Virus record (IMG/VR): IMGVR_UViG_3300042303_000041
Span: 70,648-134,647 of that record
DNA length: 64,000 bases
Source of the DNA: a virus
Taxonomy: Duplodnaviria; Heunggongvirae; Uroviricota; Caudoviricetes
Strand: one strand, 5' to 3'
A program made the position numbers and the translations under genes. The notes under the pieces were generated by a model that was not told where the DNA came from, did no database searches, and saw only the letters and a list, made by a program, of their open reading frames with translations. Positions 46,969-56,764 of the stretch are shown one piece after another; within the stretch, counting starts at the first letter, position 1; each line of letters starts with the position of its first letter.

Positions 46969-47952
46969 TTATTTACGGTTGAGCATGTTCAGATAAGCAT
47001 TCATCTTAGCGTCAACAACTTTGTCTTCGCTTAGCATTTCTACTGGGCTATCTGTTACAACAGATTTAACATCTGCATTTACCTTGGTTGTGAAGTAGTT
47101 TTCACGAATTGTCTGAACTTTATTTTCGAAAGTAGATTCGTCTTCGTATGATAGTTCTTCAACAAGTCCAGTGAACTTTTCTACTTCAGTATCAGTCAAA
47201 CCTTCGCTAATAGTAGCAATGATTTGTTGACGCTTCATAATAGAAACAGTCTTAGCCAATTCAATATTGGATGCGACTTGTTCATTCAACTTTGTTTCCA
47301 AAGTTTCAACTTGCTCTTCTAAAGAACCAAGAACATCGAACTTCTCTTCAGGAACTTCAATGTAGTGTTCTTCAAATAAACTCTTCATACCAGAAACAAA
47401 ACTTTCTAGAATATCAGACTTCATACCACGTTCAAGGGCGATCTCATTCTGTTCCATCCACTGCTCAACTACGTAGTTGAGATATCCATCAACTTGTTCA
47501 ACTAGACCCTCAATATTCTGCGCCGCAGCTTCTTCTAGCTTGGCTTCGAATTCTTCTTCTAAGCGTGCAACTTCAGAGTTGACACGGCTCATTACAGCAG
47601 CTTCAAAAATGGTAGCAGCTTTTGTTCTGAATTCTTCAGACAATTGCTCTTCACCATTCATAAGTGCATCAATATCTTCTTTCATTCTGCCAGCTGCTTC
47701 TGGAGCAGATGCATTAGCAGTAACTTTGTTTGGCTTCTTTGAAGTTCCACCCTCTGCTTCCTTTTCATTATCCACGTTGTTACGTGCATTATCTGGGTTT
47801 GGAGTTTCAGGTGCTGGCTTTACAGCTTCTTCTTCTATCTCGTCTTCTTCAAGTACTTCTTCAGCAACTAGATCATCAGCGTTAGCTTGTTCAGCTAATT
47901 TTGCTTTTCTAGATTCTGCTAGAAGTTCAGCGATTTTTTGTTCGATTGACAT
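46969..47952 (-). CDS. 22: Prohead scaffolding protein (gp22-like)
   Basis: 327 aa; acidic, coiled-coil-rich (E/A/K heptads); lies between the protease and MCP genes. Confidence 0.6.
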   Translation of the reverse strand: MSIEQKIAELLAESRKAKLAEQANADDLVAEEVLEEDEIEEEAVKPAPETPNPDNARNNVDNEKEAEGGTSKKPNKVTANASAPEAAGRMKEDIDALMNGEEQLSEEFRTKAATIFEAAVMSRVNSEVARLEEEFEAKLEEAAAQNIEGLVEQVDGYLNYVVEQWMEQNEIALERGMKSDILESFVSGMKSLFEEHYIEVPEEKFDVLGSLEEQVETLETKLNEQVASNIELAKTVSIMKRQQIIATISEGLTDTEVEKFTGLVEELSYEDESTFENKVQTIRENYFTTKVNADVKSVVTDSPVEMLSEDKVVDAKMNAYLNMLNRK

Positions 47953-47995
47953 CGTTGTATCTCCTTAACTGGATTAGTTCTGTATTATTTATTAT

Positions 47996-48649
47996 TTATC
48001 TGATTTTACTCAGGAAATTCTGGAAAGCACGTAACTTTGCTTCCTGTAAATTTTTAGAAGAAGTTCTACGAATTTCACGTTGTTGTTCTTCTATATCTCT
48101 TTGCACGTACTTTCCATCAACAAATGCCCACTCGCAACTTTCCATAATGCCTCTTACGAAAGCATCAGGAGCAGATGGGTCAGCAACGATATCTGCTGCG
48201 GTTGACAGCATGAAATCGTCTTGAACAATTTGAACACCTTCTCTGTTTAACTTCAGAGAGCCCAAGGCTCTGCTTGAAACGCCGAGATTAGCTCCTCCAT
48301 CAAGAAGCCCTCTTGCGATATTACCCATAGGTGTTTCCATGATTTTTGCTTTGCCAACATAATTGGTGCCTTCTTTACGTAGGTCAACAATCATGTGGGA
48401 TACTCTATCTAAATTAATAGATGGACTATCTGGGTGTCCTAGTTCGCCATATGCTCTGTTTAATTTAACAGACTCTTTGATATAGCGAGTAACTTCGTTA
48501 TCCATAACAGACTCTGGGTACATGCGTCCATTACGGTTCTTTATATCGGATTGAAGAAAGATTCCTTCAATGTAATAGTCTTTCTTTTTGCCGTCTTTTG
48601 ATTCAACGACAAAGCTGACTGACTCTGTTACTTCTTTGATTAGTTTCAT
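47996..48649 (-). CDS. 21: Prohead maturation protease (gp21-like)
   Basis: 217 aa (T4 gp21 is 212 aa); lies immediately upstream of the scaffold and MCP genes. Confidence 0.6.
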   Translation of the reverse strand: MKLIKEVTESVSFVVESKDGKKKDYYIEGIFLQSDIKNRNGRMYPESVMDNEVTRYIKESVKLNRAYGELGHPDSPSINLDRVSHMIVDLRKEGTNYVGKAKIMETPMGNIARGLLDGGANLGVSSRALGSLKLNREGVQIVQDDFMLSTAADIVADPSAPDAFVRGIMESCEWAFVDGKYVQRDIEEQQREIRRTSSKNLQEAKLRAFQNFLSKIR

Positions 48650-48650
48650 T

Positions 48651-49082
48651 TTAGCTTCCTACTACAGATTCGTTATCTTTAGATCCAAATTGTGCAGTCT
48701 CAACCTTAGGTGCGTAACCAGAAACCTTGCGTAACTTTAAATACATTTCTACGTTACCGCTGCCTGTTTGAGTTACAACAATATCATGAGTAGCGTTGAC
48801 ATTTTCTGGAGGCATTTCTTGTCCGTCAAACAACATAGTATCAGATGCATCTGTCGGTAGGGTTAAAATTCTAACAGCATTTCTGTCGATAGCTAGAACG
48901 TTTGTTAACTCGCCACCCCAACGAACTGCAGTAATAGTAACAGTTTGAGTTGCGCCATCAAGTGCTTGGTTTGTATCTAGCAAGTCAGTCTGCAGATCAA
49001 TAGTGCTTGTGCCAGCAGCACCAGAAACTTTTACTACAGTTTCAGTTTCTGTCATTCTTATAATTGTTTTCGTTAGTGCCAT
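48651..49082 (-). CDS. Prohead core protein candidate (gp68 position)
   Basis: 143 aa (T4 gp68 is 141 aa); lies immediately 5' of gene 21 as in T4. Confidence 0.35.
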   Translation of the reverse strand: MALTKTIIRMTETETVVKVSGAAGTSTIDLQTDLLDTNQALDGATQTVTITAVRWGGELTNVLAIDRNAVRILTLPTDASDTMLFDGQEMPPENVNATHDIVVTQTGSGNVEMYLKLRKVSGYAPKVETAQFGSKDNESVVGS

Positions 49083-49083
49083 T

Positions 49084-49629
49084 TTATTCCTCTAGCTGTT
49101 CAAGAACATGCAGAAAATTCTCTTTTGATTCTCTCATGTATTCTACTATTTCTTTTTGATTAGACAACAAGTTATTTAGTCTTATTTGCGTAGCTTCATT
49201 TATAGCAACTACAGAGTTGTCGCTTAATTTATAATGTATTTTGTTCTCAATGATAGTATCTACTTTGTTAAGTTTACGTATCTCATAGACAACTGGGTCT
49301 ACGTTGAATAGGTTAGAAGAAGCAAGTTCAATGTATGATTCAATTAATGTGTCAGTAACTTTGATATCGTAGTATTCTTTTATTATTTCTGCTATCTTAT
49401 TTTCTGATAAGGATTCGTATATTTCGTCTGTTACTTCTTGTGCTATATTTTCTGATGTAATTTTAGATTTTATATATTTTCTTGCTTCTTCTAAATTCTT
49501 GAACTCAGTTTTAAGAGAATTGATAGCTACAGTACCATCTTCTAATTTTTCAAGTGTGTTACCATAAGACCTAATCGTCTCAGCGACATTAGGTCTAGTG
49601 ATACTCTTAATAAACTGATTGTATTGCAT
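49084..49629 (-). CDS. Acidic coiled-coil protein (additional prohead core or scaffold candidate)
   Basis: 181 aa; E/K-rich; lies between the portal and protease genes. Confidence 0.35.
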   Translation of the reverse strand: MQYNQFIKSITRPNVAETIRSYGNTLEKLEDGTVAINSLKTEFKNLEEARKYIKSKITSENIAQEVTDEIYESLSENKIAEIIKEYYDIKVTDTLIESYIELASSNLFNVDPVVYEIRKLNKVDTIIENKIHYKLSDNSVVAINEATQIRLNNLLSNQKEIVEYMRESKENFLHVLEQLEE

Positions 49630-49805
49630 TACTCGTCAGAAGTATCTTCTGGTGTATCTTGCGGGCTAAACATAGTTGATGCTACCTCGATGCGCTTGTC
49701 TGCAAGGCGTGCATAAATTTTATCACCCATTGCAGCATTAAATGCTGCTTCAGTTTCCATAGCATCACCCTTTGCGATAGCTACGATTAAATCTTGTACA
49801 CTCAT
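49629..49805 (-). CDS. 67: Unannotated 58-aa ORF, suggested as a gp67-like prohead core protein
   Basis: Manual translation MSVQDLIVAIAKGDAMETEAAFNAAMGDKIYARLADKRIEVASTMFSPQDTPEDTSDE; ATGA stop/start overlap with the portal gene and TAATG overlap with the next gene; T4 order is 20-67-68-21. Confidence 0.5.
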   Translation of the reverse strand: MSVQDLIVAIAKGDAMETEAAFNAAMGDKIYARLADKRIEVASTMFSPQDTPEDTSDE

Positions 49806-51361
49806 TGTTTAGCTCCTGTATTATCTTGTTGTGGCTCTGGAAGTTGATCCTGCATAGCAGCTTGTCTAGTTCCGTCCATAGTTCCCATGTGATCAGAGTA
49901 GTCTATTTGCATAGGCTTTTCTGCTTGGATTTCTTTATCAATTTCTTCCTGCTGTTCTTCAGGAATACGCAGAACATTTTTAGTGATCCACGCTTGAGAG
50001 TAGTACTTACCAATGTAAGGATCCATCTGTTGCAGCATCTGAATACGCTGTAAAAGAATTTCGTTATCTTTCAATTCGCTAAAGTAGTTGTCCTTCTGGA
50101 AGTCATAGCGTACATATTGACGCATTTCATCCCATTCTTCTGGACGTACAATACCTTTAGCAACTAACTGAACACGCATTGCGTCAGTGAATAGGTTTGC
50201 AAATTTCTTACGAACACGTGTAACAAACTTATTGAACTTAAGTTCTTCACGAGTAATCTCAGTAGAACGACCTAAGTTAAAACCACTAGTCTGTTGTAAA
50301 CGTCCAATAGGAACGTTCAATGCTTGATATAGTTTTTGTTGGAAGTATTGAATGTCTTGGATCTCACCAAGATTCTGACCACCTGGTAAGGTAGTAATCT
50401 CAGTACCTTTACCACCTTCACGGCGAGGCATCCAAAAGTCTTCCATCATGGACAAGTGTTTACGATCATCTCTGGTTTCGCCAGTAGTTGCGTCATAAAC
50501 GATCTTGTTACGAAACTTATTCATAATGTCATTAACGTATTGCTCAGCTTTGAGCTTTGGTAAGTTACCTACGTCAATGTAGAAAATTCTGCGCTCTGGT
50601 GCGCGAGAGATACGATAGATAACAACTGCATCTTCGATCATCTTTAATTGGTTAACTGGCTTAATTGCTTTGTGCAGATGACTCATCATCATGCCAGTGT
50701 TTGCATCCATCAATCCCGATGGGCAATAGATTACAGAATCAATGGACAACTTAACACCCTGTGCTGTTTGTTCTGTAATACCTTTATCATTGTAGATATA
50801 ATATTCTTCAATGTCTTTAATTACATCAACACCAGCTTGAGTTCGTTCTTTCTTGATCGTTTTAATCTTGCGGATTTTACGTGGATCAATGAAACGAAGT
50901 TCTTGGATGCCAGACTTGACATTGTTTGTATCTAACAAAATGTTATAATATAATCTACCGTCAATGTACCATGATCTAAAGATCTCATGACCTTTTTCTT
51001 CAAACTTAAGTAGACGCATAATGGTCTGGAATTCATCACGAATTTTTTTCTTGATAGGATCTGATACTTTAAGATCGTCAAGGTTAATTTGTATAGGTTG
51101 ATCATCGTCAGATGTTATTGACTCATTGACGATGTCTTCAATTGCTGCGTCACAATCAGCGTATTGTGCTACTTCACGATATCTGCGAATAAGATCGTTT
51201 TCGTTCTTAATGATACCTTCGATATCCATCACCATCCCATAATAGGATGATGATGAACTCGTGAAGATAGCCGTGCCGTCATCAGAGGTAGGTGTTACTA
51301 CATTACCTATCTCTGAGTCGTTCTTCTTTTTACGCTGGATCTCAAATCCAAAAATTTGCAT
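49802..51361 (-). CDS. 20: Portal protein (gp20-like)
   Basis: 519 aa (T4 gp20 is 524 aa); lies between the tube gene and the prohead core/protease genes. Confidence 0.8.
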   Translation of the reverse strand: MQIFGFEIQRKKKNDSEIGNVVTPTSDDGTAIFTSSSSSYYGMVMDIEGIIKNENDLIRRYREVAQYADCDAAIEDIVNESITSDDDQPIQINLDDLKVSDPIKKKIRDEFQTIMRLLKFEEKGHEIFRSWYIDGRLYYNILLDTNNVKSGIQELRFIDPRKIRKIKTIKKERTQAGVDVIKDIEEYYIYNDKGITEQTAQGVKLSIDSVIYCPSGLMDANTGMMMSHLHKAIKPVNQLKMIEDAVVIYRISRAPERRIFYIDVGNLPKLKAEQYVNDIMNKFRNKIVYDATTGETRDDRKHLSMMEDFWMPRREGGKGTEITTLPGGQNLGEIQDIQYFQQKLYQALNVPIGRLQQTSGFNLGRSTEITREELKFNKFVTRVRKKFANLFTDAMRVQLVAKGIVRPEEWDEMRQYVRYDFQKDNYFSELKDNEILLQRIQMLQQMDPYIGKYYSQAWITKNVLRIPEEQQEEIDKEIQAEKPMQIDYSDHMGTMDGTRQAAMQDQLPEPQQDNTGAKQ

Positions 51362-51377
51362 TATAAACCTTCAATTA

Positions 51378-51965
51378 TTAAAGAATTGGAATATTACCGA
51401 TTGGAGTTCCAATGTTAATACCAACTTGGTTAGAGGCACTAGCAGCAGAAGTGACCCAGTAGTTGTATGTGAATGTAACAGTGAATGTTTCAATCGCATT
51501 ACCATTCTCATAGTCAAGTTCGATAGTACCAACTTCTGTTGGATATGCATCGATAAAGCTATAAGACTTGATAACAGCGCCAGAACGATCCAACTGGTGT
51601 ACGTTCATTTGTGCTTGATAGTCGTTAGGGTTAACAATACCGTTTGTACCGCTGACGTTTTGGATACCGTTAGACCATGTTTCCATAGCATTGCGGATTG
51701 CAAAATCAGTGTCGTTATAAACAGTAATTGTCCATGGAGCGAATGTACGCTCACCAGCAAAATTTACTGGACGACCACGATATTGTACAGCGATGTTTTC
51801 AATAGTTGCAGCTGGCAATTGAGCAGCCTTACATAAAAACATAGCCTTTGTTCCAACGATAGCACCAGTATTAACGAATGCTGGGAACCCTAGTTCAACT
51901 CTGAATTGGTTGGCGCGAGCACCACCACCAATCATCATTGATTTGAATTCAGAAATGTTTGCCAT
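51378..51965 (-). CDS. 19: Tail tube protein (gp19-like)
   Basis: 195 aa; 'FLCKAAQLPAATIENIAV...AGERTF..WTITV' aligns to T4 gp19 ('FQCKATALPAGIVEKIPV...AGDRTFDDWTVTV'); C-terminal 'IETFTVTFTYNYW'. Confidence 0.8.
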   Translation of the reverse strand: MANISEFKSMMIGGGARANQFRVELGFPAFVNTGAIVGTKAMFLCKAAQLPAATIENIAVQYRGRPVNFAGERTFAPWTITVYNDTDFAIRNAMETWSNGIQNVSGTNGIVNPNDYQAQMNVHQLDRSGAVIKSYSFIDAYPTEVGTIELDYENGNAIETFTVTFTYNYWVTSAASASNQVGINIGTPIGNIPIL

Positions 51966-52003
51966 TTAATTTATCTCCTTGAGTATATTTATTGCTATTA
52001 AAA

Positions 52004-52023
52004 GAGGGGGAATTAACCCCCTC
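52004..52023 (-). terminator. Rho-independent terminator between the sheath and tube genes (GAGGGGG-n6-CCCCCTC followed by UUUUAAUAG)
   Basis: Read directly; followed by the RBS AAGGAG of the tube gene. Confidence 0.6.
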
Positions 52024-52028
52024 CTGTT

Positions 52029-55000
52029 TTATAGCCCAACAGTCTCAAAACTTACGCCAGTCTTAGTAGCAATAAAGTTCAAAGTGATGTAATTGATAGA
52101 ACGGTTTGGCTTGATATAGATATCAGCGATAAACTCGTTTGCATCAATTACTGCAGGTGTGTTGTTTGTAGTGTCACACTTAACACGGAAGTCCACAATA
52201 CCACGACGACCTTGAACATCACGCAGGAATGGCTCAACTAGGTTCTTGAATTGTGCACGAGTAAAGTCATCGTTGAATTCAAACAACTGATACTTAGCAG
52301 CGTTGGCAACAGCTTTCTCAAGAACGATAAACAAGCGACGAACGTTGATACGATCGAACGCAGAGGATTTCTTCTGCATTGTCTTGTCACCGTAAAGGAT
52401 AGTTCCTTCACCTGGGAATGTAACGACTGGGTTGATACCACCAACGTACAGCAAGTCACGTTGTGCTTGTGTAGGGTTAAATGCCAACTTAGTTACATTC
52501 TTGATTTGACCACGATTGAAACCGCCTGGAGAGAACCATGCATCAGATACATTATCTGTATAAGCACATAGACCAGCAACGTCACCGTTCAATGGGATCC
52601 AACGGAACACATCGTTGTAACGATCGTACTGATATTTCCAACCAGAATCCATTACACCGTAAGAAGCAAGTGCATCACCAACGTCAATAGAGTCACGGTA
52701 TTGAACCATCTCAGTAGCAATATCAGAAGCAGTTCCGATTAGCAGAGGAGCAGAAACGAATGCAACTACGTCCTTACGAAGAGCAGCTACGTTCTCGATG
52801 ATCCATGCTGCAGTATTAGCAGAAACATTACCTGTAGGCATCAATGAGATGTCGAATGCAGATGCATCGCTAAACATTTCGTATGCGTCCATGATGTTTG
52901 CTTCAGTTAAAGCATCACCATCATCACCACCAGCTAATGTTACGTCTGGGTTATTTGCCAGCGCATCAAAGTTGTTGTTCTTAGCAACAGAACCCCAGTT
53001 TGCACGACCAAGAATGTCTGCAGTGTCTGGAGCATCTAACCACCAGATCCAACCAGAATTATTGATCAGATTCTTATAGTATGAAGAAGTTCCATTACTT
53101 GACTTAGCATCTGCTGCTTTAGAAGCACCTTCCCATTTCTGGATAACAGTACCAGCAGCACCAGTAATTAAACCACTAGTATCAATCAACAGCATATGGA
53201 CTTCATCGTTTTGTCCACCAACGTTAGCTGCAAAGGCAGACGTACCTGGAGCACGAGTAAATTCTTTACTGTATCTCCACTCACGATCGCAAACAGCGTT
53301 AAGTGCTTCTGCTTTGTTGTTTCCAACCATGTTTAAAACTTCAGTCTTTTCAACACGGCGAATAGCACCAACGTTAGCAACAGTACGCACAGAACCGCTA
53401 CCAGTCAATGCTTTTGTAGCAGTGAATGTAGTTCCTGGGTTGTTGTTTGCAGCACCAGCTAGTGTAAAGTTTGTAGTTCCAGCAACGTTGATAGTGTAGC
53501 TATAACCTGCAACCAACTGGTTTGCAGTAACGATTCCATTAGCAATTTGTGTGATACTTAACGCATCAGTACCAGTTGTAGATAGAGTTAATGCAGCACC
53601 TGCTGTGTTAAGTTTGATATAGAAACTTTGAGTGTCAATGACAAAATCATCAACTCTAGTGTCCCAAACTTTAGCATAACCATCAAAGGTTCCGATTACA
53701 GTTGCAGCCAAACCAGTACGGTTCAACACAACGTTTGCATTTGCCAGTACAGGAGTAACGAATGGAGTGTTTGGAACACCCTTTAAGTATGGATTAACTT
53801 TAGCTAATGTAACTTTAATAAAAGTACCAGCTTCTACTGAACGAACTAATCCTAACTCAATGTTAGCATAAGATTGATTACCACCAGCGGCACCAGATTC
53901 TCTTGTGTTAGAAGCAGAAGTTCTTACAACTTTACCAACAAAGGTAGAAGAAGCTGCAGTGAACGTAGATGTTGCTGAAGAACCAGGGAATGCCGCTGTG
54001 ATCACTCTACGTACTCTAGAGATTTCTGTATTAGATTCAAAACGCTCAACACGAGTTCTTGCAAAGAAACGACCATCAACAGTAGTGTCATAAGTGGCAC
54101 TATCTGCCATTGCAAACAGCAATGAGTTACCCAATGAACCTGCATACTTTGCCGCTACTGGACCAAAGTTACCTTGTCCGTCAATATAGGTTTGCTCATA
54201 GTGATTCTTGTTACGAATCTTAATACCAACTGGTAAAATAACAGCTGTACCTGTTGCTTGCGTAGAACCACCGCCACCAGTAATAGTAACAGTTGGAACG
54301 CTAGTGTAACCAGAACCTTCAACAGTTACGTTGATTGATTTTAGAACAGATGTTCCAACTGGAATTGGGTCGTGCGTGAATGTGTTAATATTAACAGTAG
54401 ATCCGTCTGGATTGGTAATACCAATTACAGTAGCTGGAGCTGTATAACCAGCACCAATGTTGGTAATTTTAATTTTTGCAATACCAGTACCAACGGTAAG
54501 TTCTGCAACTTCACCTAGAGCTGTAATTACTTGTTGTGTAACAACACCGTTATCATCAGTAACGTCTATGGTTTGCTGTGGTGCGCTGAACAAAACCTTC
54601 ATACCAACAGTGAAACCAGTACCAGCAGCAGTGATTAAGCTGACTGGTAAATAGTTTGAACCGCCAGCGGCTTCGACCAGAACGCCAGCACCTTGACGCA
54701 CTGCAACTGCAATTGCTTGTTGTCCGTCAAATGTATCTGGTGCGCTTATCTGTACTGTTGGATTGCTAGTATAACCAGCACCAGCAGTTACAAGAGTGAT
54801 ACTCTCAACACTAGATGATGGTTTTGCAACTGCATTCTTTAGGTTAGCAGAGTCTGCACGGTTAACGTACATACTATTAGAGTATTGCAGAAAGTTTGCT
54901 GCGGTAAAGAAAGACTCGTATGTGTCATTGTTTGGTTTACCGAATACGGTTACCAACTCAGGTTCATTAGACACCAACTGTGGATCCAGTACTGGTCCCC

Positions 55001-55106
55001 AGTTAAATCTTCCAGAGTATGCTCCACGTGAAGTAGAAACTTTAGGAACGATCTGAGTTAGATCCTTCTCTATTACTTGCACGCCTGGACTTAATAAATT
55101 AGCCAT
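52029..55106 (-). CDS. 18: Contractile tail sheath protein (gp18-like) with large inserted repeat domains
   Basis: 1025 aa; N-terminal 'LLSPG...WGP...NFLQY' and C-terminal 'YQYDRYNDVFRWIPLNGDVAGLCAYTDNVS...FDRINVRRLF' align to T4 gp18. Confidence 0.9.
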   Translation of the reverse strand: MANLLSPGVQVIEKDLTQIVPKVSTSRGAYSGRFNWGPVLDPQLVSNEPELVTVFGKPNNDTYESFFTAANFLQYSNSMYVNRADSANLKNAVAKPSSSVESITLVTAGAGYTSNPTVQISAPDTFDGQQAIAVAVRQGAGVLVEAAGGSNYLPVSLITAAGTGFTVGMKVLFSAPQQTIDVTDDNGVVTQQVITALGEVAELTVGTGIAKIKITNIGAGYTAPATVIGITNPDGSTVNINTFTHDPIPVGTSVLKSINVTVEGSGYTSVPTVTITGGGGSTQATGTAVILPVGIKIRNKNHYEQTYIDGQGNFGPVAAKYAGSLGNSLLFAMADSATYDTTVDGRFFARTRVERFESNTEISRVRRVITAAFPGSSATSTFTAASSTFVGKVVRTSASNTRESGAAGGNQSYANIELGLVRSVEAGTFIKVTLAKVNPYLKGVPNTPFVTPVLANANVVLNRTGLAATVIGTFDGYAKVWDTRVDDFVIDTQSFYIKLNTAGAALTLSTTGTDALSITQIANGIVTANQLVAGYSYTINVAGTTNFTLAGAANNNPGTTFTATKALTGSGSVRTVANVGAIRRVEKTEVLNMVGNNKAEALNAVCDREWRYSKEFTRAPGTSAFAANVGGQNDEVHMLLIDTSGLITGAAGTVIQKWEGASKAADAKSSNGTSSYYKNLINNSGWIWWLDAPDTADILGRANWGSVAKNNNFDALANNPDVTLAGGDDGDALTEANIMDAYEMFSDASAFDISLMPTGNVSANTAAWIIENVAALRKDVVAFVSAPLLIGTASDIATEMVQYRDSIDVGDALASYGVMDSGWKYQYDRYNDVFRWIPLNGDVAGLCAYTDNVSDAWFSPGGFNRGQIKNVTKLAFNPTQAQRDLLYVGGINPVVTFPGEGTILYGDKTMQKKSSAFDRINVRRLFIVLEKAVANAAKYQLFEFNDDFTRAQFKNLVEPFLRDVQGRRGIVDFRVKCDTTNNTPAVIDANEFIADIYIKPNRSINYITLNFIATKTGVSFETVGL

Positions 55107-55183
55107 GTATTTTCTCCTTGCCTTGTTTTATCATTATGCGCTTTTAGGCGCCAGCCTACAACTTATTTATCTATTTTCAGATT

Positions 55184-56764
55184 TTAAAAATTGTAGAGAG
55201 TTTCTGTATCATTGCCGTCGTTATAAAATCCAAACGGCGTCAACTGTTCTTCTATAGCTTTAATTTTCTCATCGTACATTAATTGCCTTAGATTAATATT
55301 ATTTAGGTCTTTAAAATACGCATTCGAAGTTAACCAGCTGAATAAAACTAAACACATGACTAAGTCATCGTGGTATCCGTCATCCGCTTCGTAGCTATTC
55401 TTCGTCTCGATAAATGTCGATATCTCAGAGATGATATCAGCATCCATAATAAGTAGTTTATTCTCTTCTACAAGAGACTTAAAGTTATGACATCCAACTC
55501 GTTTAACCTTTTTGTCAGTCACAACTCCATATTGTAAAGTAGAGCCAGCGAATCCACCAGATACATGCTGGGATCCACCTGCTCTAGAAACAAACAGCAT
55601 GTTTTCATACTCTAATTCTTGATAGAGGATGTGTGCCACTTGTTCAGATATATTGGTTTCTAGTAAAACATAAGCGTTGTTATATTCTTTTGCAACTTTG
55701 TAGATTACGTTAGGGTACAACAATGGACTGATGTTATTGTTTCTATATTTAGCTATAACTTCATAGGGTGCTGCAGTAATATCAACTACACAGAATGCTG
55801 AATAGTCGCCACCTACACCCTTTGCTACGTCTGCCACAATCACATATGTATGATCTCTGGTTGGTTTCTTATAAACGTCCAAACCTTCATTACTAAAGAT
55901 TGCGTTATTGTAAGACAGTCGTGCAATAACGTCTGCGTTAATTAGAGTTAGTGCAGAACCAAGGAACTTACATAGAACCTCTTGATTATACTTGAGATCA
56001 CCAAGCTGACGTTTCTGTTCAAGTGCCCACTTTTCGTCACGCCCAGGAATTTTCCAATAGGGAATAAACATAGACTTAAAGTCATTTCGACCATTCTCAG
56101 CATCGTTCCAGAACTTCCAAAAGTGGTTATAACCAAGTGGAGTAGAAGTGATAAGAATCTTAGAAGTAGTACCCGCAGAAATAGTAGGGTAAACAGATGT
56201 AAAGAATTGCTCAGCCACTGTGTTTGGAATGATCGCAGCTTCGTCGATGTATAGTAAGTTAACAGACTTAGAACGAATACCAGCTGCAGTTGTAGCAGCA
56301 GTAAATACTTTAGATCCATTTTCTAGTTCAATGTCACCTTTGTTCCATGTCTTGATACCTTGCTGCATCCAGATTGGTAGATTCTCATACATAAGCTGGT
56401 AACGTGAAAGAATTTCACGAGAAGTTGATGCTTTGTTTGCCAGAATCGCTACGTTCTTTGATTCATTAAAGATCGTATACCAAAGAATATATGCAGCAGA
56501 TGTAGTAGTTTTGCCTTGCTGACGACCCTCCATAAGAATAGTCTTACGGTTGGAGTGTATAAACTCAACCTTTTCTTTCTGACAGTCGTATAGCTTGAAT
56601 GGTTGAAGACCGTGGTCAATCGTTACGATGTAGCAGTAGTTATCAATAAAATATACAGGATCTTGAGAACACTTATAGTATTCTTGTACCTGTTCCTCAT
56701 CGAACTGTATCGATACACCGATGGGTTTTAAATTGGGATTAGCGTTATAGCCAGTTTCAGCCAT
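55184..56764 (-). CDS. 17: Terminase large subunit (gp17-like)
   Basis: 526 aa; Walker A 'GRQQGKTT', ATPase followed by an RNaseH-like nuclease architecture. Confidence 0.85.
   Translation of the reverse strand: MAETGYNANPNLKPIGVSIQFDEEQVQEYYKCSQDPVYFIDNYCYIVTIDHGLQPFKLYDCQKEKVEFIHSNRKTILMEGRQQGKTTTSAAYILWYTIFNESKNVAILANKASTSREILSRYQLMYENLPIWMQQGIKTWNKGDIELENGSKVFTAATTAAGIRSKSVNLLYIDEAAIIPNTVAEQFFTSVYPTISAGTTSKILITSTPLGYNHFWKFWNDAENGRNDFKSMFIPYWKIPGRDEKWALEQKRQLGDLKYNQEVLCKFLGSALTLINADVIARLSYNNAIFSNEGLDVYKKPTRDHTYVIVADVAKGVGGDYSAFCVVDITAAPYEVIAKYRNNNISPLLYPNVIYKVAKEYNNAYVLLETNISEQVAHILYQELEYENMLFVSRAGGSQHVSGGFAGSTLQYGVVTDKKVKRVGCHNFKSLVEENKLLIMDADIISEISTFIETKNSYEADDGYHDDLVMCLVLFSWLTSNAYFKDLNNINLRQLMYDEKIKAIEEQLTPFGFYNDGNDTETLYNF

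Noticed and set aside
55107-55183. Late promoter (TATAAATA) upstream of the sheath gene
   Set aside because: Only imperfect matches (for example GATAAATAA) in the relevant orientation. A TATAAATA-like box is seen about 30 nt upstream of gp13 (minus strand, about 59672-59679), but the other structural intergenic regions lack exact matches, so late promoters are not called systematically.
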